A DNA stretch of 64,000 bases from Octopus bimaculoides (lineage: Eukaryota), in assembly GCF_001194135.2 (NCBI RefSeq), contig NC_068983.1, positions 85,830,611 to 85,894,610 on the forward strand, read 5' to 3'. Shown in pieces: positions 52,858-64,000 of the stretch. The position numbers were made by a program, and so were the translations under genes. The notes below the pieces were generated by a model, which did not search any database, was not told the DNA's origin, and was given only the letters and a program-made list of their open reading frames with translations. Positions within the stretch are counted from its first letter, which is position 1. Every line of letters starts with the position of its first letter.

Positions 52858-53122
52858 CAGTGTTTCTCAACCATTTTTTTTCACTTATTGACTTGTTGGA
52901 TTTCTATTTTACTCAGATGGACCCTTCTGGCCATTTGATGTTAAAAAAAAAATCCTATTGTATTTTTATAAATAAATATTATTAGGAATTGTATAAAAAA
53001 AGATGTTAAAATATTTTGTGTATTGTAGAAGTATAACCAATTTATTGCACATAAATTTTAACAACAAAATCTTACATGGACCCCCACCCCAAGGGCATGT
53101 GGACCCCAGTTGAGAACCAGTG
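52858..53122. mobile_element. hAT (Charlie-like) MITE
   Basis: TIRs CAGTGTTTCTCAAC / GTTGAGAACCAGTG; 8-bp target duplication ATTTAAAT / ATTTAAAC. Confidence 0.85.
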
Positions 53123-53245
53123 ATTTAAACTATCATAGTTTGGTGTAATGTGTGTTGCATAGAATCCTAAATTAACATAATAGCAGAAGACAAATGGAGG
53201 ATAAGTAATTCATAGGGTATTACTCAAATATGAAAAATGCAATAA

Positions 53246-54873
53246 CCCTTTAACATTCAAACCACCCAATTGCAGCCAAAATAATTCCCCTTTATTTGTT
53301 TAAACTGGCTGTATTCAACATTTCTATGAAATCAATAAATAAACAAATGAATCATGTAATTGAATCCTTGTAGCTTTGAGATAATATGACATAAAGTCTT
53401 TCTTGCCTTTATTCAAGTATAAATACTGTGAAATTTTTGAGATCACATACTTTTTTCAACATTTGAAGTGGTATCAGCAAGCAGCAATTCTGATTTTTAC
53501 GACATCGAGGATTCCAGTTGATCCGATCAACGGAACAACCTGCTCGTGAAATTAACATGCAAGTGGCTGAGCACTCCACAGACAAGTGTACCCTTAACGT
53601 AGTTCTCGGGGATATTCAGTGTGACACAGTGTGACAAGGCTGACCCTTTGAATTACAGGCACAACAGAAACAGGAAGTAAGAGTGAGAGAAAGTGGAAGG
53701 CCTGATCAACTATAGAAGCCAACCAATACTGCAGAAATATGAGTTTTTTTTTACTACAGTTTCCTAGATTGTGGAACAACTGGAACCCAAATATAAAGTA
53801 AGGTAACCCATATATATCTAGTATCATCTTAGTATTTACAACCTGACTCTGCTAAATTCTCCAGCAGGAATGAACCCAACTATGATTCCCTATATAAAGT
53901 GCATCCAACTATTGATTTACCGTCTGAAAAGTATAAAACTGTATATGAGCTGGGGGAAAATCTCAATGTAGAAGAGTCCATGATAGTGTATAAGGGTAGA
54001 GCACATTTTTCGCAACATATACCTGTTAAACCCATTAAACAGGGCTTCAAGACATGGGAGGTATGTGCATCAGACAGGGTATTTGTGCTAATTTTGATAT
54101 CTACACTGGGAAAAAATATAATGGAAACAGACCAGATGGATTGAGGTATGAAACCTTGTTTGAGTTCATGTCATAAAATGCCCTTTGTAAAGGGTGATTT
54201 GGATAATTCTATGACAAAAATATGGCATAATTATATTTTCTAGTTTGAGAGAATTACAATTATATATTCCTTTCATTTTATTACAAAATAACATGTGAAG
54301 ATGAGAAAAACATAATAATTTTTAGAATGTTACACACCTGTATTCACCTATGTCTCACTTGTTAATGAACGTTTTTATTAGATACATTCTGTTGAGTAAA
54401 TGTACTCATTACATTGTATAAAAAGATCACTGCCAATAGTATATTGACTAGTAAAAGAGTTTTGTACTTTATTTTCAATGAAAATGATTGAATGAAATAT
54501 AGTGAAAGAATAAAATCTTCTACTGATTATACTTGTATTTTAATTCAAATTAATGTACTTGATCTCACAAAGTGGTAAAATTGTTGGAGATTGACATCTG
54601 GGATAATTTTAGTAACAAATCAAACAGGTAAGATACACTAAAAGTTTCAATTTTAGTATTTATCCATAAAGTTATTGTTAATTAATTTTAATTGCCCATA
54701 GAAGTCAAATTTAACCAAAAAGATCAGTACTGATAAAATTTCAATTCTGTATGTAAAAAAAATCAACAAAATTAGAAAGAAATATTGTGGACATCTCTCT
54801 TGAACCTGATTAATTCAAAATAATACAAACAAATAAGTATTATGCTTGACAGATTAATCTGTATGTTAAAGGG
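53246..54873 (+). mobile_element. Decayed piggyBac element with a transposase remnant (about 53899-54144), interrupted by a SINE
   Basis: YELGENLNVEESMIVYKGRAHFSQHIPVKPIKQGFKTW matches the piggyBac 'L-S-V-D-E-S-M...KGR...YIPSKP.KWGFK' motif. Ends CCCTTTAACAT / ATGTTAAAGGG flanked by ATAA and TTAA. Confidence 0.8.
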
Positions 54874-55481
54874 TTAAAGCATATGTAAATATGTGAGGCC
54901 TCATCTATTATCACAAATTTCATGTGGAGTCCTTCATCCAGAAATATACATTTCTTTTATTAGCCACACAGGGCTTTACACAGAGGGGACAAATACAATG
55001 TAGAGCTTTTCTTTTTGGGAGGGGGAAGGAGAAAAAAAAAGGGGGTCGATCAAAATGGATCATAGGAAAGAAAAAAAAAAGCGATCAATAGGGATTGTGT
55101 ATCACAGCAATGTTCTTGTGTAAAAGGGGGGACAGTTTAGGTTTAGCCGTGGAAAGAAAAGCCTACGGAAAAGACCACGGTAACCTTGGCCAATATTGTG
55201 ATTGTCATTGAAGAAACCATAAAAGTAAGTGACTCTCTCTTGCCTTATTTTTTTTTTTTAGCTTCTTAAATGCCATCCAGATTTACTTCTATCTTTATTA
55301 ACTCTGGTAAAATGAAGTGTAAACATCTAATGATGGCATCATGAGTGGTGGAGCAAGAGTTAAACACCAAGAAAGCTGAAGCAACAGTTACAGTGATTTC
55401 TATTAATCTCTGGCTGAACCCATTCTTACCTCACCTTGTTAATGCCTTTAGGTAACAGATAAAACATCACAACATCCAATT

Positions 55482-55525
<44 letters not shown>

Positions 55526-56181
55526 CACAGACGAGATCCAGAGATTTTCAGTATATAAGACACTTAGGAGTGCTTAAAAAGATTCAAACTTGGACTCTGA
55601 AGTCTTTACAGGAGATCGATTCCACAGGGTAAAGAACGGTTACAAGAGGGATCAAGTTGAGCAGATATAGAGGCAATCATATGGATAAACAAATTAGATA
55701 TATTAAATATATAATAGTCTGGGCATGAAACACAAAATATGTATACATGTATACATGAAAAACGACAGAAAGCAAAAGATGAAGACTTTCAGACAATGAA
55801 TGTTATAATTCCAACAGCTGTTTCTGGGGGCTTGGAAATCCACAATAATGTTGGTAGATGTAGTTCATCTCAATATGCGGCCCTAATGGATGCAATCAAC
55901 ATAGGAGAAGATGAGCCTCAATCATCAGGGTAGAGAAGATCTTACAGTTCAGATCTTAATGCAAAGGAATTCAAAGAAACAGCTGTTGGACTTATAACAC
56001 CTTTCTTCCACCCCTTTAATTTTCTCTGTCATATGTAAATTGGATCTATTAATATAAATATCCATATATTTGTACTTAAATATTTATTGTATGAACGTCT
56101 CCATATATACATATTTTGTGTTTCATGCCCAAACTATTATATTACACTGAATATATCTAATTTTTTTATCTGCATAATTGC

Positions 56182-56223
<42 letters not shown>

Positions 56224-56249
56224 GGAGAATTCACAAAAAAAACAAAAGA

Positions 56250-56480
56250 CGAAGACAGGTGGTGTATTCAACAAACAGATGTATTAGTTTAATGCTCAGG
56301 AAGTGAAAAGGTCTTTAACGTTTTGAGCCTATGCTCTTCCACAGAAAGGAACACAGAAAAAAAACAAGGAGAGAAAATAAAGAATGTGTAGTGGCTATCG
56401 ATCTATCATGGCGAATGCCGGACAGAGGGGAAATAATAAAGTAGTGGTGATCCCAAAACGAAGGTGCGTGTGCGTGTGTA
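56250..56480 (-). repeat. Penelope-type terminal-repeat-like sequence; a related segment lies at about 12005-12075 (+)
   Basis: The reverse strand reads ttaaactaatacatctgtttgttgaatacaccacctgtcttcgtcttttg, similar to ttaaactaatatacctgcttgttcctacacctgtctttgtcttttg at 12025. The PLE assignment is inference. Confidence 0.45.
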
Positions 56481-57829
56481 TAAGAGAGTTTGTATGTGCA
56501 TGTGTAGGTGTGTGGATGAAGGTGTAGGGCTAGGAAGTGGTCAGTGCCAGTGTGTGCGTGGTGGTGTGATGTGATGTAGTGTTGTGTGGTATGGTTGTGT
56601 ATGGTGTGGTGATGTTGGGATGTGGGGGAGGCAAGAGTGGGGAAAGCAAGGATGTGGTGTAAGTTAGGCTGAGGGTGGGGGTAGAGGTGGGGTATGTGAA
56701 GCAAAACCCCACTTGCCCTAACCAAAAGAAACCAGTGACTACAACAACAAGTACAAAGATGAAAGTAAGGACCAAGCACCATTGCCTTTCTACAGTGGAG
56801 TTACCACTTGTTGGTGAGTGGAAAATGATGGGAGCTCAACTCACAAAAGCCTGTTCAGTTTCTTTGTAATGAACTTTTGCTGACAGTTTGAATGCCAAGA
56901 GTAGGAAAGAGTGCTTAGAAAAATTGTTCATCTGAGTGTGTGATTTTTGAAATTGCAGTTTATGTTCACTCTCATTTCTATCGCCCAGTCAGTCATATTG
57001 TTTCCAATCAAAATACCTCACCAACAACCATGTAGCTCTCACTCTATCACCTTCTTACTCCTATTATTCCAATTCTCTCTTAATGATCATTGTTATCAAC
57101 TCCTCACTATGGCCCACTTTCCACCCATTAGTGCAAAGAAAAAAAGGAAAAACAAACTGAGACAATACAAGGAAGGAGGCACTCTCTAGTGCCAGTGCTA
57201 CAATAAAATACGTTTAGTACACCCTGTAAAGTAGTTGATGATAGGAAAAGCATCTAACCATAGAAGCCAGAAATTATTACATATGAGTGAGACAGTTCAT
57301 CAAAAAGGGCAGTACCTCTAATTCTGAATATGAAGTGACTTGGACTGTAAAGACTTGTCCAACCCACGCCAGCATGGAAAAACAGATATAAAATGAGGAT
57401 GAGGAGAAGTAACATGTTAAAGGAGATTTGTCTCGTTAGAAGCTACTTTATTAACAACGTGCACTTATTGCCACACAACTAATTAATGCAATGTGGGGGA
57501 TCTTAACATTATCTCCCCATATATCAGTCAGTTATTACACCTGTGTGATAAGAGAGCTTCAGTAAAACTGACTGGAATACACAAAAACAGCTGTAGCAGG
57601 CACCTATAACATAATTAGCTGTTTGTCTATTCTTCTCCTCTGACGTGCATCAACAGATATGGCACTTTCATTACATCTAAATTTTATGGAAATATTGACA
57701 AATAATTTATTTAACTGAGATATGATACTGTCATTATGTATATACTTTGTGAAAACACTAATAGGTCAAGGTGTTGGTTTAATGTGGAGTTGAAATTTCC
57801 ATAAGTTTAACTGTCCATGTATAAATTGT

Positions 57830-57880
<51 letters not shown>

Positions 57881-59426
57881 AATAAACATGTATAAGGTTA
57901 GCATGCTGGGCAAAATGCTTAGCAGCAGTTCATCCATCCTTTTGTTCTGAGTTCATATTCCACTGAGGTGACTTTGCATTTCGTCCTTCCAGGGACAATG
58001 AAATAAGCACCTGCTAAACACTGGGGTTGATGTAATTGACTAGACCCATCCCTGAAATTTTCAGGTCTTGTGCCAATAGTAGAAAGGAAGCACATGCACA
58101 CAGACAGAGATGTGGTTTACTTCCCAAACATATTGTGCAAGGTCCAGTCACACTGCACAGCATCTTGAGTAAGTGTCTTGTATTATAGCCCTGGGCTGAT
58201 CAAAGCTTTGTGAGTGAATTCAGCAGACAGAAACTGAAAGAAGCCTGTCACATATACATAAGTACAANNNNNNNNNNNNNNNNNNNNNNNNNNNNNNNNN
58301 NNNNNNNNNNNNNNNNNNNNNNNNNNNNNNNNNNNNNNNNNNNNNNNNNNNNNNNNNNNNNNNNNNNNNNNNNNNNNNGTTTGTTTCTAGTCTTCTGTGA
58401 AAAACCTGCCTGGCCATGGGGAATATTACCTTGCTTGGAAACAGGTGAGGCCTGGCGACAAGAAGAACATCTCATCATCAATCATCATCATTTAATGTCC
58501 GACTTCCATGCTGGCATGGGTTGGATGGTTTGATAGGAACTGGCCAGGTAGAAGATGATCCCAGGTTACTCTGTCTGTTTTAGCATGGTCTTTACAGCTG
58601 GATGTCCTTCCTAACTAACCATCCAGTAGAGTGGACAGTGCTGTTTATGTGGGATCAGCACAGGTGAGGTCAATTTTAGCATGGTTTTTACAGCTAGATG
58701 CCCTTCTAAACGCCAACCACTTTACAGTGTGGACCAAATGCTTTTTATGTGGCACCAGCAGGGTCACAAAGTAACTTGCAAGACAAGGAACTTTGAGAGG
58801 GGAGAGGGCATTGGAGGAGGTGATCTTGTGTCGTTTGATAGAAGGTTAGAATGTGACAGAGACAGAGAGGCAAAACAGGTGTCTTGCTATGTAGTAAATC
58901 ACAAATCATACCCGAGTCATGCAAGCATAGAAAAGTGGATGTTAAAATGATGATGAAAGTTGTATGTATATCATTCATAAAAAAATAAAGAATATGAATG
59001 AATTTTATTTGATTAATCTTTTTCAGTACAGTTTGCTGCAAGTATCCACCAGTTACTAAAGATTTAACGATCTTTTTGGGACAACGAAGGTGGGGAAAAA
59101 AAAAAGAAAAGAAAAAAACCCTTCCCCCCAACTCAACACACTTTTCCCAATCCTTCACAATGAAACTGCAGACTGCTGGCCAAGTCAACGTGATTTTTAT
59201 TTAGATTGTTTTCTTCAGATCATCTAGAACTCTGCAATTACAACTTAAAAATTCACTTTCTAACACCTTTCACCCCACATACAAATCACAGCTGTTTCTA
59301 AGAAGTATGTTAAAAAGATTGTAACATGAAGGAAATAATGCATTCCATTTAAATTCTTTTTCAAAATTTTTTCACTTAAATTTGTAAAAATGTAAAGAAC
59401 AAATGATCAAAATATCATCTACTCAC

Positions 59427-59543
59427 ATGAAATGGTAAATTGAGACGCTTTTTCACATCTAAACGATATGCTCGGAATTCATCTTCATCATGGATATTCA
59501 CAGATTTCAGCCTAAGGATTTCATAACATCTTCTTGCTTGTCG
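59427..59543 (-). CDS. HAT1: HAT1 internal exon, 117 bp (phase 0/0): RQARRCYEILRLKSVNIHDEDEFRAYRLDVKKRLNLPFH
   Basis: Acceptor tttttgaacag|CGA and donor CAT|gtgagt. Matches remembered human HAT1 'QHARRVYEILRLLVTDMSDAEQYRSYRLDIKRRLISPYK'. Phase is compatible with the upstream exon. Confidence 0.95.
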
Positions 59544-59639
59544 CTGTTCAAAAATGAGTGTGAAAAAATATATATGTATACAATCTGACTGATGTGAACA
59601 GGAGATGTTAAAACAATGATGATGATATATATATATATA

Positions 59640-61600
59640 TTGGGCCATCTCATAAATAATGCGGTTCTTTTACATTTATTTTTCAAAATTAAGATAAACA
59701 ATCTTCATTTTTAATCTAAAATATACTGTAAAAACCCGTGTAATTTGCACGGGGGATTTTCAAGAAAAAAATTGTTAAAAAGGCTTTTACTCTTGTAAAA
59801 TTTGCACCCAAAAGTTTTCAGAATTGCCAATATGGCCAGGGGGAGGTTTTCAATTTAGTTGTATTTAGCATAATTTCACTTATTAGATTTTATTAAATTT
59901 TCATTAAATAAGAATTTCTGTTTAACAGATATCACATTGAAAGCTATTAAATTACAAAGTGTTCGTGTTTATAATAAACTTTATTTTACATTTCTTGCCC
60001 ACAAGAGATTATGTCCAATCTTTAGCATACTTCTATATGTCTTCTCAAATCAAGATCACAGGAAAAGTTGTTGATAATTCTTATCAACAAAAACAAAGCC
60101 GATAAATACGCACAAGTGTTGCAGAATAAGTTTCATTACCAATAAACATCAGCTTGGATGACACTTTACTCAACCGACAGAGGAAAGTAACCAATCAAAC
60201 TGATTATATAATCAGAATTCTGTTTGGTTGAAAGTGTCTTCTTGTCTCAAGCACTGATATTCCGCCTATTCTTGTCGGAACCTTTGATACAGAGTCAAGC
60301 AAATTTAAAAATTGTCATTACCATTTTAGCCAGGAGACCAAACTGATAGTTTGGTAAATTGGTAAAATAAACATGAAAAATTGAAAGGAGAAAATAAACA
60401 GCTTTGCAAGTTTAATTCAGTGTTTATTGAACAAGAGAAGTGAGAAATTTAAGAAGCGACTTGTTAGAATATACACGTCTGTGAGGAGACATAAACAAGA
60501 ATAGCAAAAACCTACTATACCAAAAGAACTGGTAATACTTACATTACAAGTGTTCTATGAAGAGAACATAAGATTGTTACATAATTCAACATGAATGTGA
60601 AACGACATTAAACATTGTATAAGGTAAATGTAAAGAACGCTTAGTGAGTTTTCACGCACAAGGATGAATTATAATGTCGTTGGTGTTAGATGCAGTAAAA
60701 TATGGCCTGGACTGTGATTACAGCATGAAAGTCAAACTTCAAAGAGTAGTTAACCATCTAATGGTTTTAGTAAATTTATACAGAAAAAGTAAGCATTATA
60801 CCGTCCAGCCTAAATAAAAGTTAACTTCCAGTACGAATGTTTACATTTGTAGATCATTTTTCAACAGCAAAAAAAATCCTAGAAACTATCTACTCGCGTA
60901 ATTTACACACCCACTAAAGTTTATTTTTTTGTGAAAAAAAGTGCGTAAATTACATGGGTTTTTACGGTACTCTCCTTCATTTTCTACAATACTCTTCCAT
61001 CTATCTTCGTTTCTCGCTCAAACTACTCCAGTCTTTGGAATGCCATCCTCGCTGTGTGGCTGCACATTATCTTGATGGAAGAACACCTTTCGTCTTGAAA
61101 CCAAAGACGGTTGTTTTTCTTCTATTGGTGACTTGAATGACTGGTTGAATGACTAAATCCAAGCTTTTCTGCTATTTTGTCAAGTTACGATGGGATTTGC
61201 AGGATGCCTTTGTCGAGATCTACAGATCTTCAAGGACGAGGCTTGACTTCTAGGCTGGAGTTTCCGGCTCGGAATTTCTGGAACCACCGTTGATACTGGC
61301 TTATGCTTATTGTCTGATTCCCATATACTGCATTAATATTCTTCCCACTTTCTGTTGCGCTGTTGCCTTTATTGAACTCATAAAGCAAAATATACCGAAT
61401 ATGCTCCTCTGTCACTTCCAATACAGCTTTGAAAAAATAACTGTCAAAATCAAACTGCACTCTTCAAAACTTGCACTAAGAAAAAGTAGAAGTTAAAATT
61501 ACTACCTGCTTTTATAGCAAGTTGATGCAGGTAGTTTATCCCGTCCCTTTCCAACTTCTAGTTCATGCAATTGAAAAAGCTGCATTATTTATGGGAAATG
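59640..61600 (-). mobile_element. Decayed mariner element, split by a nested insertion, in a HAT1 intron
   Basis: N-terminal HTH EEHIRYILLYEFNKGNSATESGKNINAVYG...QRWFQKFRAGN, catalytic VFFHQDNVQPH and C-terminal DRWKSIVENEGEY|YILD*. TIR TTGGGCCATCTCATAAATAATGCGG with a partial inverted copy ctgcattatttatgggaa near 61580-61597. Confidence 0.88.
59726..60967. mobile_element. Non-autonomous TIR element with TA target duplication (pogo/Tigger-like ends), nested in the mariner
   Basis: TIRs CTGTAAAAACCCGTGTAATTTGCAC / GTGCGTAAATTACATGGGTTTTTACGG, TA on both sides (59724-59725, 60968-60969). No recognisable ORF inside. Confidence 0.82.
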
Positions 61601-61929
61601 GTTAGTTAATAACATCAATCCTACTATTTAAATGGTATTTTATTTTACTGACCCTGGTGGGATGAAAAGTAAAATTAATCTTGGTGGAATTTGCACACAG
61701 AATGTAGCAAGATAGCAATTTTGATGGCTGGGGAATATATCATACCATCAACTCCAGTACTTGACTGGTACTTATTAACCTGAGGAAGATGAAAGGTGAA
61801 GTTGACCTAGGTAGGATTTGAACTCAAAATGTGAAGAACCAGAAGAAAAAAAAAACACTGCAAAACAGCACTTTTCCTGCTAATTTAATGATTGTCAGCT
61901 CATTGGAGGAGCTGATTGTTTACAACTGA

Positions 61930-62280
61930 TTCTGTCAGTTTTGCTAGGTTGACAAGTTGATAGTTGGCAGGGTCAGAGAAACCATTTTTCTTGGGAATGG
62001 GGCACACTGTCACATATTTCTATAGATTGGGATAGATCACAGTAGAAAGAGAAATACTGAAAGAGCTTGCTGAAGGAAGGAGATAGAGTTAGTGTGTAAT
62101 GCTAAGGGTTCATTATGTTGGGTTGCAATAACTGGAGATATTTTTGCATATGGTGACTGAAGGTAAAATAGATAGGGATGAAGAGGGGAAGTATAAGAGG
62201 AGCTTTTGTAGCATGGATGTAGAAGCCAAAATCAGCAGCAAATGATATAGAGTTATCTGCAGAAGTGCTATTAATGAAGC
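61930..62280 (-). mobile_element. CR1/L2-clade LINE reverse transcriptase remnant
   Basis: VCPIPKKNGFSDPANYQLVNL (61947-62007) matches the 'V.PIPKKGD.SDP.NYRPISL' pre-RT motif. Confidence 0.65.
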
Positions 62281-62293
62281 AATTTTGGTTTAA

Positions 62294-62513
62294 CTCTTTA
62301 GCATTCAGATTACTCTGTCAAATGTAATGCTTATTTATTCACATTGTTTTGAATTAATTATGCATTATCTCATAGCTTTGAGATTTTGATGATGTGATTG
62401 TTTATTTAAAAAATAACATTGTCAGGAAGGTGTGAGAAACTGGATCTGGCCAGTTTGAACATAAAATAGATGGAATAATTGGGCTGGATGTGGTTGGTTT
62501 TAATGCTAAAGGA
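62294..62513. mobile_element. piggyBac-type MITE, family F (reverse orientation)
   Basis: TTAA-CTCTTTAGCATTCAGATT...AATGCTAAAGGA-TTAA. Confidence 0.85.
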
Positions 62514-63016
62514 TTAAATATCTCTTGTAGAACCATTATTGATTCAGGAATGACCAATAAGATCATCTACACACAGGGAATTTTCAAGAGCTCAAGTCCA
62601 AGCCTAGTTTTCTCTGAACTGGCTCTCAAAATTGGAGTAGCAGTAGGGGACCCAACTTAAAAGAGAGGTTTTGTATCAACTGACTAAAATAAGAATTTTC
62701 TTATAAAACTGGATGTTAATCTGGACCTAAATATGACTAAGTATTAATGGGTGTATATGTACATAATAACAGGAGGATCACAAATGAACATAAGATGAAA
62801 TTAAATATATATTGACACAGCAACATAGATACCAACAATGTAATCTGCACATATTAATGTACCAACATATATACATTACCAGAGGAAAAAGACAGGCTGG
62901 TGACAACTGGAATGCTTTTGATTAATACTGATCACGAGATATACAACAATGACAACAATAAAGCAACAAATGCACAACCACTCGAATTTGAGACTGTTGT
63001 GATGATAGTTGCTTAA

Positions 63017-63247
63017 CTCTTTAGCACCTAAATCAGTCATATCTGACCCAAATATTCTACCCATTTTATGCTCAAACTGGCCAGATCTGGCATCTCACAC
63101 CTACCCTAGAATGTCATTCTATAAACAAAAAATAAATAAGATATCACATCATCAAAATCTTGAAGCTATGAAATAATGCATGATTAATTCAACACAATGT
63201 GAATAAATAAGCATTACATTTGACAGAATAATCTGAACACTAAAGTG
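63017..63247. mobile_element. piggyBac-type MITE, family F
   Basis: TTAA-CTCTTTAGCACC...TCTGAACACTAAAGTG; inverted relative to the 62294 copy. Confidence 0.85.
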
Positions 63248-63723
63248 TCAACTGTAGATCAGCTCCTTATAATCAAAAGCAATCTAATCATGACAAAACT
63301 GTCCTTTTTAGCCCATGTGCGAGGAACCCATAACCACATTACTCAATGTGTCTTTTTTACTAAAATGGTAGGGAGTGATTTGAAGAAGATTTTGCTGCTA
63401 TTTCTATTGGGTCAAGTGACACACAGAGGCTTTCTCCTTGGCTTGTGTGGTCCTCATTGATAGCTAAAGCAAGCAATGAATTATGTTAGTTTATTATGAA
63501 GATAGGAAACCTAATAATTGGGGCAGAGACCTTCAGTTCTCTGATGAAAAGTTGAGCACAGAACATATCAACAGAAAAAGACAGCACATATATCAACACA
63601 CAGCAACATATACATGTACTGACACACTCACATGAACGAATATAATCGACATACACACCATTTGTACCAAACTGAAAGCTTATGTCATCAACACAACAGT
63701 AAAGCTATTAAATTGGTACTTAC

Positions 63724-63875
63724 CTTACTCAGTTTCAGCTTTGTGCGAGCTTCTGTTGACATCTTCTCACAGAATCCACTAGACAGGTTCTCACGTTTGT
63801 AAGATGATAATTTCATACAGTTTCGAACATCAACAAAGTCTCGTAATCGTTGAAAGTTCTCAGATGGGTCTTCAA
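63724..63875 (-). CDS. HAT1: HAT1 internal exon, 152 bp (phase 1 in, phase 0 out): (V)EDPSENFQRLRDFVDVRNCMKLSSYKRENLSSGFCEKMSTEARTKLKLSK
   Basis: Acceptor cctag|TT and donor AAG|gtaagt. Translation matches remembered human HAT1 'AEDPSKSYVKLRDFVLVKLCQDLPCFSREKLMQGFNEDMVIEAQQKFKINK'. Confidence 0.93.
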
Positions 63876-64000
63876 CTAGGTTAATATAATAATAAGGTTA
63901 ACATATTAACACTCGCACAAAAATTGATATATAAATTACAAATTTATGAATAAGATTTTTAGATTTTAAATACATAATATATCAATACTTCACATGTAGA

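Noticed and set aside
56315-56782. 155-aa and 81-aa ORFs rich in His, Thr and Pro
   Set aside because: They are translations of GT-rich low-complexity repeat sequence.
56827-56920. In-frame 87-bp minus-strand pseudo-exon (cag|MNNF...EQAF|gtgagt)
   Set aside because: No pyrimidine tract and no HAT1 similarity; HAT1 has no insertion expected here.
33600-61860. Apparent sense-strand bias of family D SINEs in HAT1 introns (6 of 7)
   Set aside because: Too few copies; one-sided binomial probability is about 0.06.
1-64000. tRNA-like segments (e.g. 2830-2900, 17230-17300, 41440-41520)
   Set aside because: They are SINE heads without a full cloverleaf. No tRNA, rRNA or CRISPR array is supported.

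Overview
AT-rich, microsatellite- and transposon-dense animal genomic DNA from a draft assembly with about ten N-gaps. The repeat content resembles a coleoid cephalopod, probably Octopus; this is an inference from remembered repeat families, not a search result. The only recognisable host gene is the 3' part of HAT1 (histone acetyltransferase type B catalytic subunit) on the minus strand. It has two clear exons (63724-63875, 59427-59543) and a more diverged probable last exon starting at 30873, after a 28.5-kb intron. The rest is mostly decayed transposons: a Helitron 3' end, DD37D/maT and mariner elements, a nested pogo-like element, a piggyBac remnant with two MITE families, hAT and Tigger-like MITEs, RTE, Tx1/L1, CR1/L2 and Penelope-like fragments, and many tRNA-derived SINEs. 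Most ORF-track entries are microsatellite or gap artefacts. I found no clearly novel biological system. The most unusual feature is the HAT1 C-terminus: no stop at the expected position, a 61-aa Ser/basic/His-Lys extension, a cryptic donor, and an overlapping antisense exon-like structure. SINE boundaries are approximate.
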